Positions 53,466 through 62,910 are shown, numbered from the stretch's first letter. The stretch: DNA of 64,000 nt from Nitrospirales bacterium (GCA_963422365.1 OY729426.1:1536001-1600000), one strand, 5' to 3'. Program-made: numbers and translations. Notes: generated by a model not told the origin, from the sequence alone.

Positions 53466-55124
53466 CTAGCCTTGCTTAGCCACCCTTGTCGGACCTTTTA
53501 GCTGTTCGGCGACTTGCTGAATGGATTTGTCGAGCCATTGCTCGATGACCGGAGAGAGAAATCCTTTTCCATTGAGTTCGAAGTCAAGGCCGGCCAACAT
53601 TTTGGAATACGGTCCCGGGCCATAGAGGCGATTCGAGATGACCAGCACTCTGCCGGGTTTATTGCCTTCTTCAATGAATTCGCGCACTTCCTTTACTGCT
53701 TTCTTCCGTAACTTAGGCCAATCTTCCCGGACGGTCATGGCCTTGATGGCTTTCAGTTTCGCGCAATGCGGATCCTGTCGGAGTTTCTCGATATTGGCGT
53801 TCATCACCGACAACCAGTGTTGATTGCTTTCGTCGGATCCCGTACCATGAGCAAGAAGAATGACGGTTTCCTCTGAAGGGTTTTGACTGATCTCCATAAT
53901 CCGTTCATGCAACACCTGCGCCACGTTGGCCTCTTCTTCGTATCCTCCGAAAGTGGAAAAAATTGCGGCGCTTCGAATCTGTTGGGGTGGAGTGCGGCCT
54001 TGTTTTAATTCATCGAGATACTCGTCGGAAAGCCCAAGGATGTAATCCGTTCTGGGTTTCATGGTATTGATGAGCCCGTACATTCTTCCGAACACGATTT
54101 TCTTGACACCTCATTGTTCAAGACGAGATACGGCATCTTGAATGATAGCCGTATCTCCCATGCCATACGCCAGTTCAATTTGATAGCGGCGCGTAAGGGG
54201 TGCGATGATCTTTTCCACGGCGTCATTGTAAGGCTGGGTGGAACCGTGAGGCATAATGACGACCCCAATTTCACTTGCAGATGCCTCTAGATACTGATTC
54301 GCGGTTTTCTTGAGCCACAAGAGCAGATTGGGATGAGGAGCGATCTCCGATGGTTGAAAAACCACATTCAGCTTCTGAAATCTACGTTGTATCCAGTTCG
54401 TCATGGCCATCATGTGATCGAACTTGACCCCAATGAATGCCGGGACCACCAAGGTGCGCCCTTGCATGGCAGCCTGTTCCGTGATGTGCGTGGTAATCTC
54501 TTTATTTTTTCCACGGGCTTGTTCCGCTTCACGGTGATAGTAGATGACGACTTCACTGTCTTGGAACGACTTATATCGTTGGATATACTGAATCAACGGT
54601 GTTAAGTCGTCCTTAATGGCCTGTTCGCTTTTTTCGTCACGGGCCCCGATTCCCACCAAAATGAGTCGTTCGTTTTGAGTCGATTGGCTGATTTCTTCAA
54701 CCCGATCGAGAAGGATCTGACCGATCAGGTAGCTCCCTGCCATCGCCGGAGCCCATTCGATACTTAGATCGTCGGCATGAGTAGGCAAGAGGTCACGGAC
54801 CGCATGTAGTTGCGGATCGGCAGCGGAAAGAAACAACGGAACAGCGACGACAGATGTCGCGTTCAGTGACCGTAATTGGTTCAGAGCTTGTTTGATGTAG
54901 GCCGTATACGCTGTCTTATGACTTCCATACTTATTGCCGACAAAAGCCAGGGACGCAGGATAATGAAGCTGAAATTCCTCGACCAGTTTCTTGGTTTCTT
55001 GATTCCCCAGAAACCCCCGGTCCGGCGCTATGACCAGAAAGCCGGGATGCGATTGTGCCGAAACGGCGAGGGGACCGAGACTTATCATCGTAAGGATAAA
55101 TAGAGCAGTCCACAGGTGTTTCAT
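53466..55124 (-). pseudogene. Secreted multi-domain CbiX/SirB-like (class II chelatase fold) protein interrupted by an in-frame TGA at 54111-54113
   Basis: Signal peptide; VVAVPLFLS, VIMPHGS, LLAHGTGSD motifs; the two ORFs share a frame: ...SRLEQ*GVKKIVFGRMYG... Confidence 0.75.
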
Positions 55125-55141
55125 TGTAGCCCTCCTTATTT

Positions 55142-55164
55142 TTGAAATAGCGACTCAATTTCAA
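55142..55164. promoter_or_regulatory. Fur-like palindromic operator upstream of the chelatase-like gene
   Basis: TTGAAAT-N9-ATTTCAA next to the AGGAGG RBS; resembles the box at 61447-61469. Confidence 0.6.
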
Positions 55165-55299
55165 TTTTGGAGAGAACATGGTATCAGGTGGGGGTAATGG
55201 TCGTACATGTTCATTCACCTGAAAAAGATGTTCAATGACCGGCCATAGTGAAGAATGCGGCCATACAGAGAACGGGGTGTCTGCTCAATCGGCGCAGCA

Positions 55300-58200
55300 T
55301 CATGGTTGCTCGTTATCACGTTCAATCCAGGCAAGGATTTCCTTGAGATTCGCCTTGGCTTCTTGATAGTCAGGGGCGATTTTCAAGACGTCTTGATAAT
55401 GCGTGATGGCTTCTTGGTATTCCCCGGATTGAGCCAGGCTATTGGCTAAATTGAATCGAGCGCCAAGTGAGGTGGGTTCGCGCGTCAGTACTTCGCGGAA
55501 CAACGTTGCCGCGGATTGATAGAGCCCCATTTGATAGCGGGTTAACCCCAAGTTGAACCAAACGGATGTGATCTGGGGCCATCCGGGATTCAGGCGAATG
55601 ATGGACTCATAGAAATCCGCCGCCAGCGGATCGTTTCCCTGCCGTGATTGGCTCAAGGCAAGGTCGAACCGCACATTGAGGTTCTGTGGGTTGATCTGCA
55701 GCGCTTTATGCAACAAAGGAATGGCAGCGTCGTATTGTTCTTCGAGAACCAGTTCATGCCCTTTGGCTGTCCAGATCTGTTCAAGAAAGGTTCGGGTTTG
55801 ATAATTCGAAGGATGCAGTTCCCATGATTGAGCGTACAGCTCAGTGGCCTCCTCTATGCGATTGTCGGCACGGGTCACGATGCCCTCGGTCAGGAGTTGC
55901 GCCGCGGTGGAGACCCGAGCTAATCGCTCGAGCATGTCGTCGTTCGAGGACGGGTCGACATGCACGATGTCGGTGAGGGGACGGAAGTGGGGGAGGAGGC
56001 TTGCCAATGTTTCTGCGGCCAGGGTCACCGTATTCAAGGCGTTGAAGGCAAGCGGCGTCGAGTATTCAATGAAGCGGTTGTCATCGGTATTCAGCGGCGC
56101 ATCGTGCGTCCAATTCCGGATTGCCGAGCCGTGGCTCATAAACAGGCCTAACAGATTGTAGGGATCGGAATCGAGCTGACGCATGCCGCCCAATGGATCG
56201 TGGACTGCGTATCGTTCTAGGAAGCGTTGCAAATCAATGTGGAGGGGATCGAGTCCGCCCAAGATCAACAGGTATCCGCCGTTCAACCACAGGGAAGTCT
56301 CCGGAAACACGGATTGGAAGGTACGGACCAGGGTCCGCAAATCGTCCGTACTCAACTGATTGATGGTGATCCATTGGGCCATGAGGCCGCCAGGAGCCAA
56401 TTTGGCGCGACATTGCCGATAATGTTCTTGGGTGTACAGACTGCCGACTCCGGTTTGGTAGGGGAAGAACAGTTCTTGTACGATGAGGTCGTACGTGTTG
56501 CGCGTTAACTTGATAAAGTTGCGTCCGTCTTGTTCGACGACCCGGACCTTGGGATGCTCAAGCACCTGAGCATTCGCCTGAGCAAAGAAGCGTTTTGCCG
56601 CGTCAATGACGCCCAGAGAGATTTCGACCACCGTGACCTGTTCGACGTCCTCCCGTAAGGTCGGTGAAAGGGTAATGCCTGTCCCTAATCCCACCACCAG
56701 CACGCGTTGAGGATCGGGATGCAGGAAAAGCGGCAAATAGCCTTGAATACGCTGAACGCGAACCTCTTTGGCGCCGCTGCCCCCTTCCTGTCGCAGCCGG
56801 CTGGTCAGTAGCGTGCGGGCCAGGGTTTTTCGGTCTTCAAAGACCTCCGTGACTCCCAAGGCATCTTCATGATGATACAGCACCGCCTGGGAAGTCCCTG
56901 CCGCAGCGTGCCGGAATGTAAGGTCTGCGTTCGTTGCAAGCCAGGCAAGCACTCCGAGAAGAAAAAAGAAGGCGAGCCCCTTGCCCCATAAGTTGGGAAT
57001 CGTGGACCGGTGTTGCACGGGCTTGCCCCCTGCGGATGACAAGGGAAGGCGCCAGACAAGCAACGCCAGCGTGCAAACCAGACAGGCTGAGAGCACAAGC
57101 CAGGCATGGGTGAGCCCTAAAAAGATAAGAAACCCAAAGGTCGTGAGCACGGCTCCGATCACGGCTCCCCAATTATGCCACGCATACAATCGCCCTAGAG
57201 GAGAAATAACGCCTGCATGAGGCTGATTGGGTGATGAGACTGTCGCAAGGTCGCAGAGGCTGCAAAAGGCCATGCCCAATCCAAACATGGGTACACCGAG
57301 AATCGTCACGGTTAATAACGCGTCGCTCAGAAGAAACTGCAGGATCGTCAACTCCTGCGGGCGTAGCTCTTGGAAGATTCGATCAAACAGAGAAGCAATA
57401 TTACCCGCAATGGGCACAACCGTGAGTTGAGCGATAAGGGCGATGAAGAGCCCCCATAGGAACAGCCCGGGCTGGTTCTGCACCTTTCCCCTGAGCCAGA
57501 GGTAGATTCCGGAGCCGAATCCCATCATGAGCAGCACCGTGGTTAAGAGGATGCCCTCCGCATAGGCAGTGATATTGACAATGAGCCAGACGTACTGCGC
57601 CCCGATGATCTCTAACGAAATAATGAGAAACCCAACGACGGCCCCTAGCGTTTGAAGGACGGATAACGACAGCATCCCGCTCGCGACGTTTGCGAGTTGT
57701 GGCTGTCTCTCCAGGGCTAGATGGGCACGGTCGGACGCCCGGTAGCTTCCGACAAAGGCGGCCAAGGCGAGAACAAGGTTCGTCATCCCGAGTGCCAGGG
57801 AGGTGCTCTTCAATCCTAGAGAGGGAATCAAAGCGAGCGAAGCGAGCGCCCCCAATCCTGAGGCCAGGAGGCCGATACAGTAAAGCAGACCGGGTTTGGT
57901 CGTGTGTGAACGAGCAAAGAATTGTGTGAGCAAGGAAGCCAGCACGGGAAAGTTCATCCCGTGCAGGGTGGTGATAGGAAGAAGAAGTAAACCTACATAA
58001 AGACCTCTCACCAAAAGATGCCGGAGCCCTTCGGTTTCCGGTGCCATCAGTACATAGAGGTGGTCTCCCCAGGTCAATAAAAAAGGAAAGGCTATTCCCA
58101 AGAGACCCATCAGGGTTTGAAAGAGGGCGACGAGGCGATAGGTGACGCGTCCGGCAGGTTCGTGCTGGTCTTGAGGCGTACCTTTCCATCGAGCGATCAC

Positions 58201-58380
58201 GTAACTGCCGAGGCCCAACCCTGCCATGAACGTGGCTAAGACGATGCCGAAGGCGGTCACCGTCATGCCGATAGACGCGGTCAACAGCTTGATCCATACG
58301 ACCTCATAGGCAATGCCCACGAAAGAATGAAGAGCGTATAACAGCAGAATCAGCGTGCTCATGGAAAAAAGGGCTGGCAT
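55300..58380 (-). CDS. Fused multi-TM membrane domain / spermidine-synthase-like SAM-binding domain / TPR repeats
   Basis: About 12-13 TM segments (YEVVW, FMAGLGLGS); VLVVGLGTG, VEIS, DGR, LAPGG, NTDDN..IEY; C-terminal TPRs. Confidence 0.88.
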   Translation of the reverse strand: MPALFSMSTLILLLYALHSFVGIAYEVVWIKLLTASIGMTVTAFGIVLATFMAGLGLGSYVIARWKGTPQDQHEPAGRVTYRLVALFQTLMGLLGIAFPFLLTWGDHLYVLMAPETEGLRHLLVRGLYVGLLLLPITTLHGMNFPVLASLLTQFFARSHTTKPGLLYCIGLLASGLGALASLALIPSLGLKSTSLALGMTNLVLALAAFVGSYRASDRAHLALERQPQLANVASGMLSLSVLQTLGAVVGFLIISLEIIGAQYVWLIVNITAYAEGILLTTVLLMMGFGSGIYLWLRGKVQNQPGLFLWGLFIALIAQLTVVPIAGNIASLFDRIFQELRPQELTILQFLLSDALLTVTILGVPMFGLGMAFCSLCDLATVSSPNQPHAGVISPLGRLYAWHNWGAVIGAVLTTFGFLIFLGLTHAWLVLSACLVCTLALLVWRLPLSSAGGKPVQHRSTIPNLWGKGLAFFFLLGVLAWLATNADLTFRHAAAGTSQAVLYHHEDALGVTEVFEDRKTLARTLLTSRLRQEGGSGAKEVRVQRIQGYLPLFLHPDPQRVLVVGLGTGITLSPTLREDVEQVTVVEISLGVIDAAKRFFAQANAQVLEHPKVRVVEQDGRNFIKLTRNTYDLIVQELFFPYQTGVGSLYTQEHYRQCRAKLAPGGLMAQWITINQLSTDDLRTLVRTFQSVFPETSLWLNGGYLLILGGLDPLHIDLQRFLERYAVHDPLGGMRQLDSDPYNLLGLFMSHGSAIRNWTHDAPLNTDDNRFIEYSTPLAFNALNTVTLAAETLASLLPHFRPLTDIVHVDPSSNDDMLERLARVSTAAQLLTEGIVTRADNRIEEATELYAQSWELHPSNYQTRTFLEQIWTAKGHELVLEEQYDAAIPLLHKALQINPQNLNVRFDLALSQSRQGNDPLAADFYESIIRLNPGWPQITSVWFNLGLTRYQMGLYQSAATLFREVLTREPTSLGARFNLANSLAQSGEYQEAITHYQDVLKIAPDYQEAKANLKEILAWIERDNEQP

Positions 58381-58444
58381 CGCGTCATTCCTGTATGTGT
58401 TCAGTAATTCGTTGACAAGATTCGTCCATGTATTTGGGAGAGAT

Positions 58445-58915
58445 TCCGGTCATCCCCGGCAGTTTCCTCTCTGTCCTTCCCGACGGGTGTCATCGGGAAT
58501 CCAGTCCCGGTGTAGGGCCGCATCTTATGCGGCCAAGAAGAAGAAGGCGCCATGAGATGGCGCCGCTACAACAGAAGGAGAAGAGAGACGGCCTCTTCGT
58601 TCTGTCAACGAATGAGTGAATATTTACAATCCTGAGCAACAACGCGCCTATCCTGCTTGCCCTGAACATAGTGAAGGGAGCGACAGCGAAGGAAAGGATC
58701 TGCTTTTATAGGCAGTTGCTGTTGCAACGACGAGATTCTTCACTTCGTTCAGAATGACAATCATCGTGTGGCCGGGGCCCCGCATTCTGTTAACGAATGC
58801 CTGTCCCCGACGTTTTTAATCGGGGAAGTGAACATTTACAATCCCGACGCTTGTCCCCGATCCCCGATCGAGTCGAGGACAAGCTCTGTTCGGGGATCTA
58901 ATCGGGGATCCATTT
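58445..58915. repeat. Cluster of nested short palindromic (REP/MITE-like) elements
   Basis: GTAG REP pair at 58511-58570; direct repeat 58600-58632 vs 58785-58844 with a 27-nt insert; ATCCTGAG...GAAGGA..AGATTCTTCACTTCGTTCAGAATGACA element; TCCCCGA...TCGGGGA nests. Confidence 0.8.
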
Positions 58916-59071
58916 TTTGATGAGGACCGTCGGAGACATGCTTGCTTTTACTGCGCTTGTCCTCACAAAAGTGACAGGCTGTAATTTTATCTGACATTAT
59001 CCGAAAGACAAATTACAAATTCTTGCAAATTAACACATGAAATTGCACGTGGAGATTCGCCAAATATTCAG

Positions 59072-59104
59072 AAAAAAAGAGAGGCCGACTAGGGTCGGCC
59101 TCTC
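59072..59104 (-). terminator. Rho-independent terminator after the TonB-dependent receptor
   Basis: 11-bp perfect stem GAGAGGCCGAC/GTCGGCCTCTC, 4-nt loop, U7 on the minus strand. Confidence 0.9.
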
Positions 59105-59172
59105 GGACGTGACTCCCGCAACGGGGGGAAGGAGCAGCAGCAGAGAGTTACGACTCGGGGAGCTTTGACATA

Positions 59173-61356
59173 TTAGGGAAGGTTGATGGAGTGCCACACC
59201 GACACCTTGGGATTGATCCCTGCCTCGGGAAGAAATGATAAGTGTCGACGGTAGTTTCGATCCGTCAGGTTATCGACTCCGAGATTGACTTGGAATCCTT
59301 GACCCCAGGATTTCGGAAGGTCGGGGAGCAGCACTTCAACGGGTTTCAAGGTGGCGTAGATATCGAAGAGCACATAGCCTCCGGTTGGTTGCACAGCAGA
59401 GCCTGGGACCACCACGGTTCGGTCCTGGTCGCCCGTAATTTGTGTCCTCCCCCCAATGGTTAATCCCCAGGCAGGGTATTGATAGTCAATGCCCAGCACC
59501 GCTCGTTTTTGAGGAATGTTTGTCAAGGGCAGTTCATTGGTTTCATCGGTCCCGTGCGACTGACTGTAGTTTCCAGACAGGGTGACATTCTCAAGCGTGC
59601 GCCATTCGAATTCTGCTTCCCACCCCTGAATTAAGGCATTTGTGATATTGACAGGGGTAAAAAAGAATTCCACGGTCCTTGGTGGAGTGAATATAGTAGC
59701 AATTTCAAGGGAAATTAAATTCCTGAGCTTGTTTCTGAAGTAGGCTCCCTTAAAAATGAATTGATCGTTATTGGAAAGCACTTTTGGTAATTTCACGCGG
59801 AACCCCGCGTCGATGTTCCGGCTACGTTCTGGGCTCAGGTCTGGATTGGCAACAAAAACGCCACCAGGAAAATGAGTGCCTGCGATAAAGAGGTCACCGA
59901 ACGTGGGTTGACGGAATCCATGGGCATAGTTCGCTTCAAGGAACAGGAAGTCTGTGACCTGAATCACCGCGCCGACTTTCGGGTTGAGGACGCCTACGGA
60001 TTTGGTTGATTCGCCGGATGTTTCATTTCTCCAATGATCCCAGCGAATGGCGGGAATGAGGGTAATGCGATCGAAGAGCGTGATTTCATCCTGCAGATAC
60101 AGGGCGAAGACATCAGACTTCGCATCCGGGAAATACAGGCGGCTCCCTGTAGGGGGGAAAATAGGTCCACTCCTCCCAAAACCTATGGGAAAAGAGGCAG
60201 TGCGACTTCCTCCGCTCCTTTGAGTATTCCGGAAAAATTCAGACCCGAAGGTTACAATATGATGGTGCGTGGAAAGATTGCCGAAATTCATGGAATTTCT
60301 GAGATCATACCCAAACGTATCGAAACTGATATCGTCTCTTTTCCGATTATTAACCTGAGTTTCCGTGATATCCAATGTTGTGAGATAGACAAATCCTTGA
60401 AGATTCAAGTACGGATTCGCCGGATTGTTATGCGTGTATCCTAAGCGGTACGTGATTTGATGATTCACTCGGTCGGCGATACGAGACGTTGCAGGCACAG
60501 TAACCAGACCCGTATCAGGATCAATGTCAGGAACAGCAATAGAGTTGGTGTCGAAGGGGATCTGCGCGGCTTGTCGAGTGGCTTGAATGGAAAATTTGGC
60601 TTCGTCATGCGGAGTCGGTTTCCACACGAGCTTGCTCAAATTGGCTGCGGTATCTTGCGCGGAGTTGGCTAACCGCCCCAAATCGCCGCCCAGGCGAACG
60701 TTTTCTCCGGCCCGAAAGGTCCCGCTGGCCATGACTTCCAATTGGTTGGTGAGGCGAGCCGATAAAGTGGTCGTGGAGAGGAGTTCTTCATTCTGGTATT
60801 GGTAGCCGAATTTTTGCCGCATGCCGTACCGCATGTCCGGAGCCAGATAATCGGATGGGTCCTTGGTCACCATGGCCACGACCCCGCCCAAGGCTTGGCT
60901 GCCGTACAAGGCCGAGCCCGGTCCGCGAATCACCTCCACCTGTTTGAGTTGATCCATGTCGAAAAAGATGCGACCTTTGTGCCCAGATTGGAAGTTGAGT
61001 CTGACGCCATCCACCAACGTGAGTACTCGCGCACCTGCCAACCCTCGAATATTCGGTCCCTCTCCCATGGTTCGTGGGCCGTCCCCCGAAGCAACGCCTG
61101 GTTCATAGCGCAACACGTCGTCCAGACTTTGCGCTTGACGTTGTTGAAAATAGTCTTGAGTCAGGACGCTGACTTCGCCTGGCGTGGTCAACGGGTCCCG
61201 TTCGGTTTTGGTTGCGCTGACCGTCACTTGCGCAAGTCGTAGCTTGACTTTCTTGGGTTGCGAGTCTTCGGCGTCTTCAGCATCTTGTCCATAGACCTGT
61301 GCTGAGGAAAGCCAGAAGAGCACAAGGACAGCCAAGAGACAAAATTTCTTTGTCAT
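59173..61356 (-). CDS. TonB-dependent heme/hemoglobin-family outer membrane receptor
   Basis: Signal peptide, TonB box (VTVSATK), plug motif VEVIRGPGSALYGS.ALGGV, FRQP...H...NPDL (FRAP/NPNL motifs). Confidence 0.92.
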   Translation of the reverse strand: MTKKFCLLAVLVLFWLSSAQVYGQDAEDAEDSQPKKVKLRLAQVTVSATKTERDPLTTPGEVSVLTQDYFQQRQAQSLDDVLRYEPGVASGDGPRTMGEGPNIRGLAGARVLTLVDGVRLNFQSGHKGRIFFDMDQLKQVEVIRGPGSALYGSQALGGVVAMVTKDPSDYLAPDMRYGMRQKFGYQYQNEELLSTTTLSARLTNQLEVMASGTFRAGENVRLGGDLGRLANSAQDTAANLSKLVWKPTPHDEAKFSIQATRQAAQIPFDTNSIAVPDIDPDTGLVTVPATSRIADRVNHQITYRLGYTHNNPANPYLNLQGFVYLTTLDITETQVNNRKRDDISFDTFGYDLRNSMNFGNLSTHHHIVTFGSEFFRNTQRSGGSRTASFPIGFGRSGPIFPPTGSRLYFPDAKSDVFALYLQDEITLFDRITLIPAIRWDHWRNETSGESTKSVGVLNPKVGAVIQVTDFLFLEANYAHGFRQPTFGDLFIAGTHFPGGVFVANPDLSPERSRNIDAGFRVKLPKVLSNNDQFIFKGAYFRNKLRNLISLEIATIFTPPRTVEFFFTPVNITNALIQGWEAEFEWRTLENVTLSGNYSQSHGTDETNELPLTNIPQKRAVLGIDYQYPAWGLTIGGRTQITGDQDRTVVVPGSAVQPTGGYVLFDIYATLKPVEVLLPDLPKSWGQGFQVNLGVDNLTDRNYRRHLSFLPEAGINPKVSVWHSINLP

Positions 61357-61446
61357 GCCTATCTCCTTTTGTTCCGATTATGAGCACGTAGGGTATGGCT
61401 TGTGGCCTCCTGCTGCTATCCGGCGAAAGACAAACCGCTACAAATT

Positions 61447-61469
61447 TTGATATGCATACTCATTTTCAA
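61447..61469. promoter_or_regulatory. Fur box upstream of the heme receptor
   Basis: GATATGCATACTCATTTTC (61449-61467) matches the Fur consensus at 14/19, in an AT-rich promoter region. Confidence 0.65.
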
Positions 61470-61613
61470 TTGACAATTATAGCAATAAATAGGGCCTTTC
61501 AAAATGTTCATTGACCGGAAATTTATGTCGATCCACCGGAAAAAAGCCTTTTGACCTATGATTCAGTCGTAGACAGCTTACTTGCGGGTGCCGACAGGCT
61601 GGCGCCCGTTGTT

Positions 61614-62090
61614 TTAATATTGCAAAGAAATGGTCAATGATAATCCGCGTGCTGGAAGCTCGAAGGAGGTTTCTTGAAAGGTAGGAGGGCCCATGACAAG
61701 CGGGTTCAGACTCAGACCATAGCCTTCCGACGGCCACATGCCCAAGACTCGATTGAGCCTGGTGTCTCCGTTCTCATCATGGTATGCCATGATCGCGTAG
61801 GGGCCAGGGTCGAGGTCTGTAAACTCGACAACGGCCGTCCCTTGTGTGGCTTTTGTTGCCTGAACTGTAAAGCATTGTTCTTCATCAGGAAACGAATCGG
61901 GTGAATTGAAAAGAACGACCCGAACGGGTTGGGCGCTGTTATGGATTCCTTCCACCGTGACATGGAGTGTGGCCGCGCTGCCGGGGGCGCTGGCTAACAG
62001 GCTGAACCCAAGGGGCCAGCAAATGATCCACAGCCATTTGATCATGCCGCGGAATTCACAAGAACGGATGCCTGCTTCTCCGGTCATCAT
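61614..62090 (-). CDS. DUF2141-like secreted protein
   Basis: Signal peptide; L.PG.YAI..YHDENG...L.....G.P.EGYG.S.NP...GPP.F pattern. Confidence 0.8.
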   Translation of the reverse strand: MMTGEAGIRSCEFRGMIKWLWIICWPLGFSLLASAPGSAATLHVTVEGIHNSAQPVRVVLFNSPDSFPDEEQCFTVQATKATQGTAVVEFTDLDPGPYAIMAYHDENGDTRLNRVLGMWPSEGYGLSLNPLVMGPPTFQETSFELPARGLSLTISLQY

Positions 62091-62461
62091 TTGTGTTCCA
62101 CGGCGAGGCTGATTTTGGTTAACCCTGCGCCTCTCACGTCATCCACGACGTCAACGAATCGCTCGAACTGAATAACGCGGTCGGCTCGAACGAGCACCAA
62201 CGTTTCCGGCGGGAACCGCTGCAATTCACTGAGCACCGCTTCTTGTGGAAGGGGAGTACCATCCAAGAAGATGTCCCCTGAGGATGTCATCGTGATCGTA
62301 ATCGGCTCGCTCGGTGCGGCGCTTGTTGCGTTGGCTTGAGCGAGATCCACGGGAATTTGTCCGGTCGAGATAAAGGTCGCCGTGGTTAAGACAATGACCA
62401 GCAAGACCAACATCACGTCGACCAGGGGGATGACGTTGATTTGATTCAGTTCATGATCCAT
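62087..62461 (-). CDS. exbD: Biopolymer transport protein ExbD
   Basis: INVIPLVDVMLVLL, VRAD. Confidence 0.93.
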   Translation of the reverse strand: MDHELNQINVIPLVDVMLVLLVIVLTTATFISTGQIPVDLAQANATSAAPSEPITITMTSSGDIFLDGTPLPQEAVLSELQRFPPETLVLVRADRVIQFERFVDVVDDVRGAGLTKISLAVEHK

Positions 62462-62876
62462 GGCTAACCTTATACTGCGTCAGCAACTCCGCCACCCGCC
62501 GCCGCAGTGCATTATTCATGACGACACAAGGAATGGCGACCAGCAGGCCGACTGCCGTGGCTTTCAGGGCCAAGCTTAACCCGACCATGATCGCGCTCAC
62601 TTCGATCGTCTTGGTCGTGCCCATGGTATGAAAGGTCACCATGATCCCGAGGACGGTTCCGAGAAGCCCGATATAGGGCGCATTTGCGGCAACGGTGCCG
62701 ATCACGACGAGTCGTTTGGTCAATGAAATTTCCAATTGCTGCGAATCGGCAAACTGAGCTAGGGACGCGCGCCGGTAAAAGATCCAGCGCTCCAGGGCCA
62801 CGGCAACGGCCCACATGCTCAACAGCAGAAGGAGCCCGATAATTCCATAATCAATGATGGTGTGTAAGGTGGTCAT
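62451..62876 (-). CDS. exbB: TonB-system energizer ExbB (short form)
   Basis: APYIGLLGTVLGIM.TF, ALKATAVGLLVAIP. Confidence 0.93.
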   Translation of the reverse strand: MTTLHTIIDYGIIGLLLLLSMWAVAVALERWIFYRRASLAQFADSQQLEISLTKRLVVIGTVAANAPYIGLLGTVLGIMVTFHTMGTTKTIEVSAIMVGLSLALKATAVGLLVAIPCVVMNNALRRRVAELLTQYKVSHGS

Positions 62877-62910
62877 GCGGTCACGTTCTCCTTTGTTTTG
62901 CCTTCATGCC

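Noticed and set aside
54111..54113. Selenocysteine recoding as the main explanation of the TGA
   Set aside because: The position matches a variable residue before Gly in a CbiX-like motif, not a catalytic Cys; the downstream hairpin is weak. Nonsense mutation or error is more likely.
57401..58297. 298-aa alternate-frame ORF inside the SpeE-like gene
   Set aside because: Arg/Pro/His-rich composition typical of an off-frame read; the main frame is a coherent membrane protein.
58445..58915. Possible CRISPR array
   Set aside because: No regularly spaced identical repeats with unique spacers, and no cas genes; the pattern is nested palindromes.
59148..59171. Possible Cys-rich leader peptide after the receptor stop
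   Set aside because: The ATG frame closes after 7 codons (MSKLPES); the TGC run lies after that stop.
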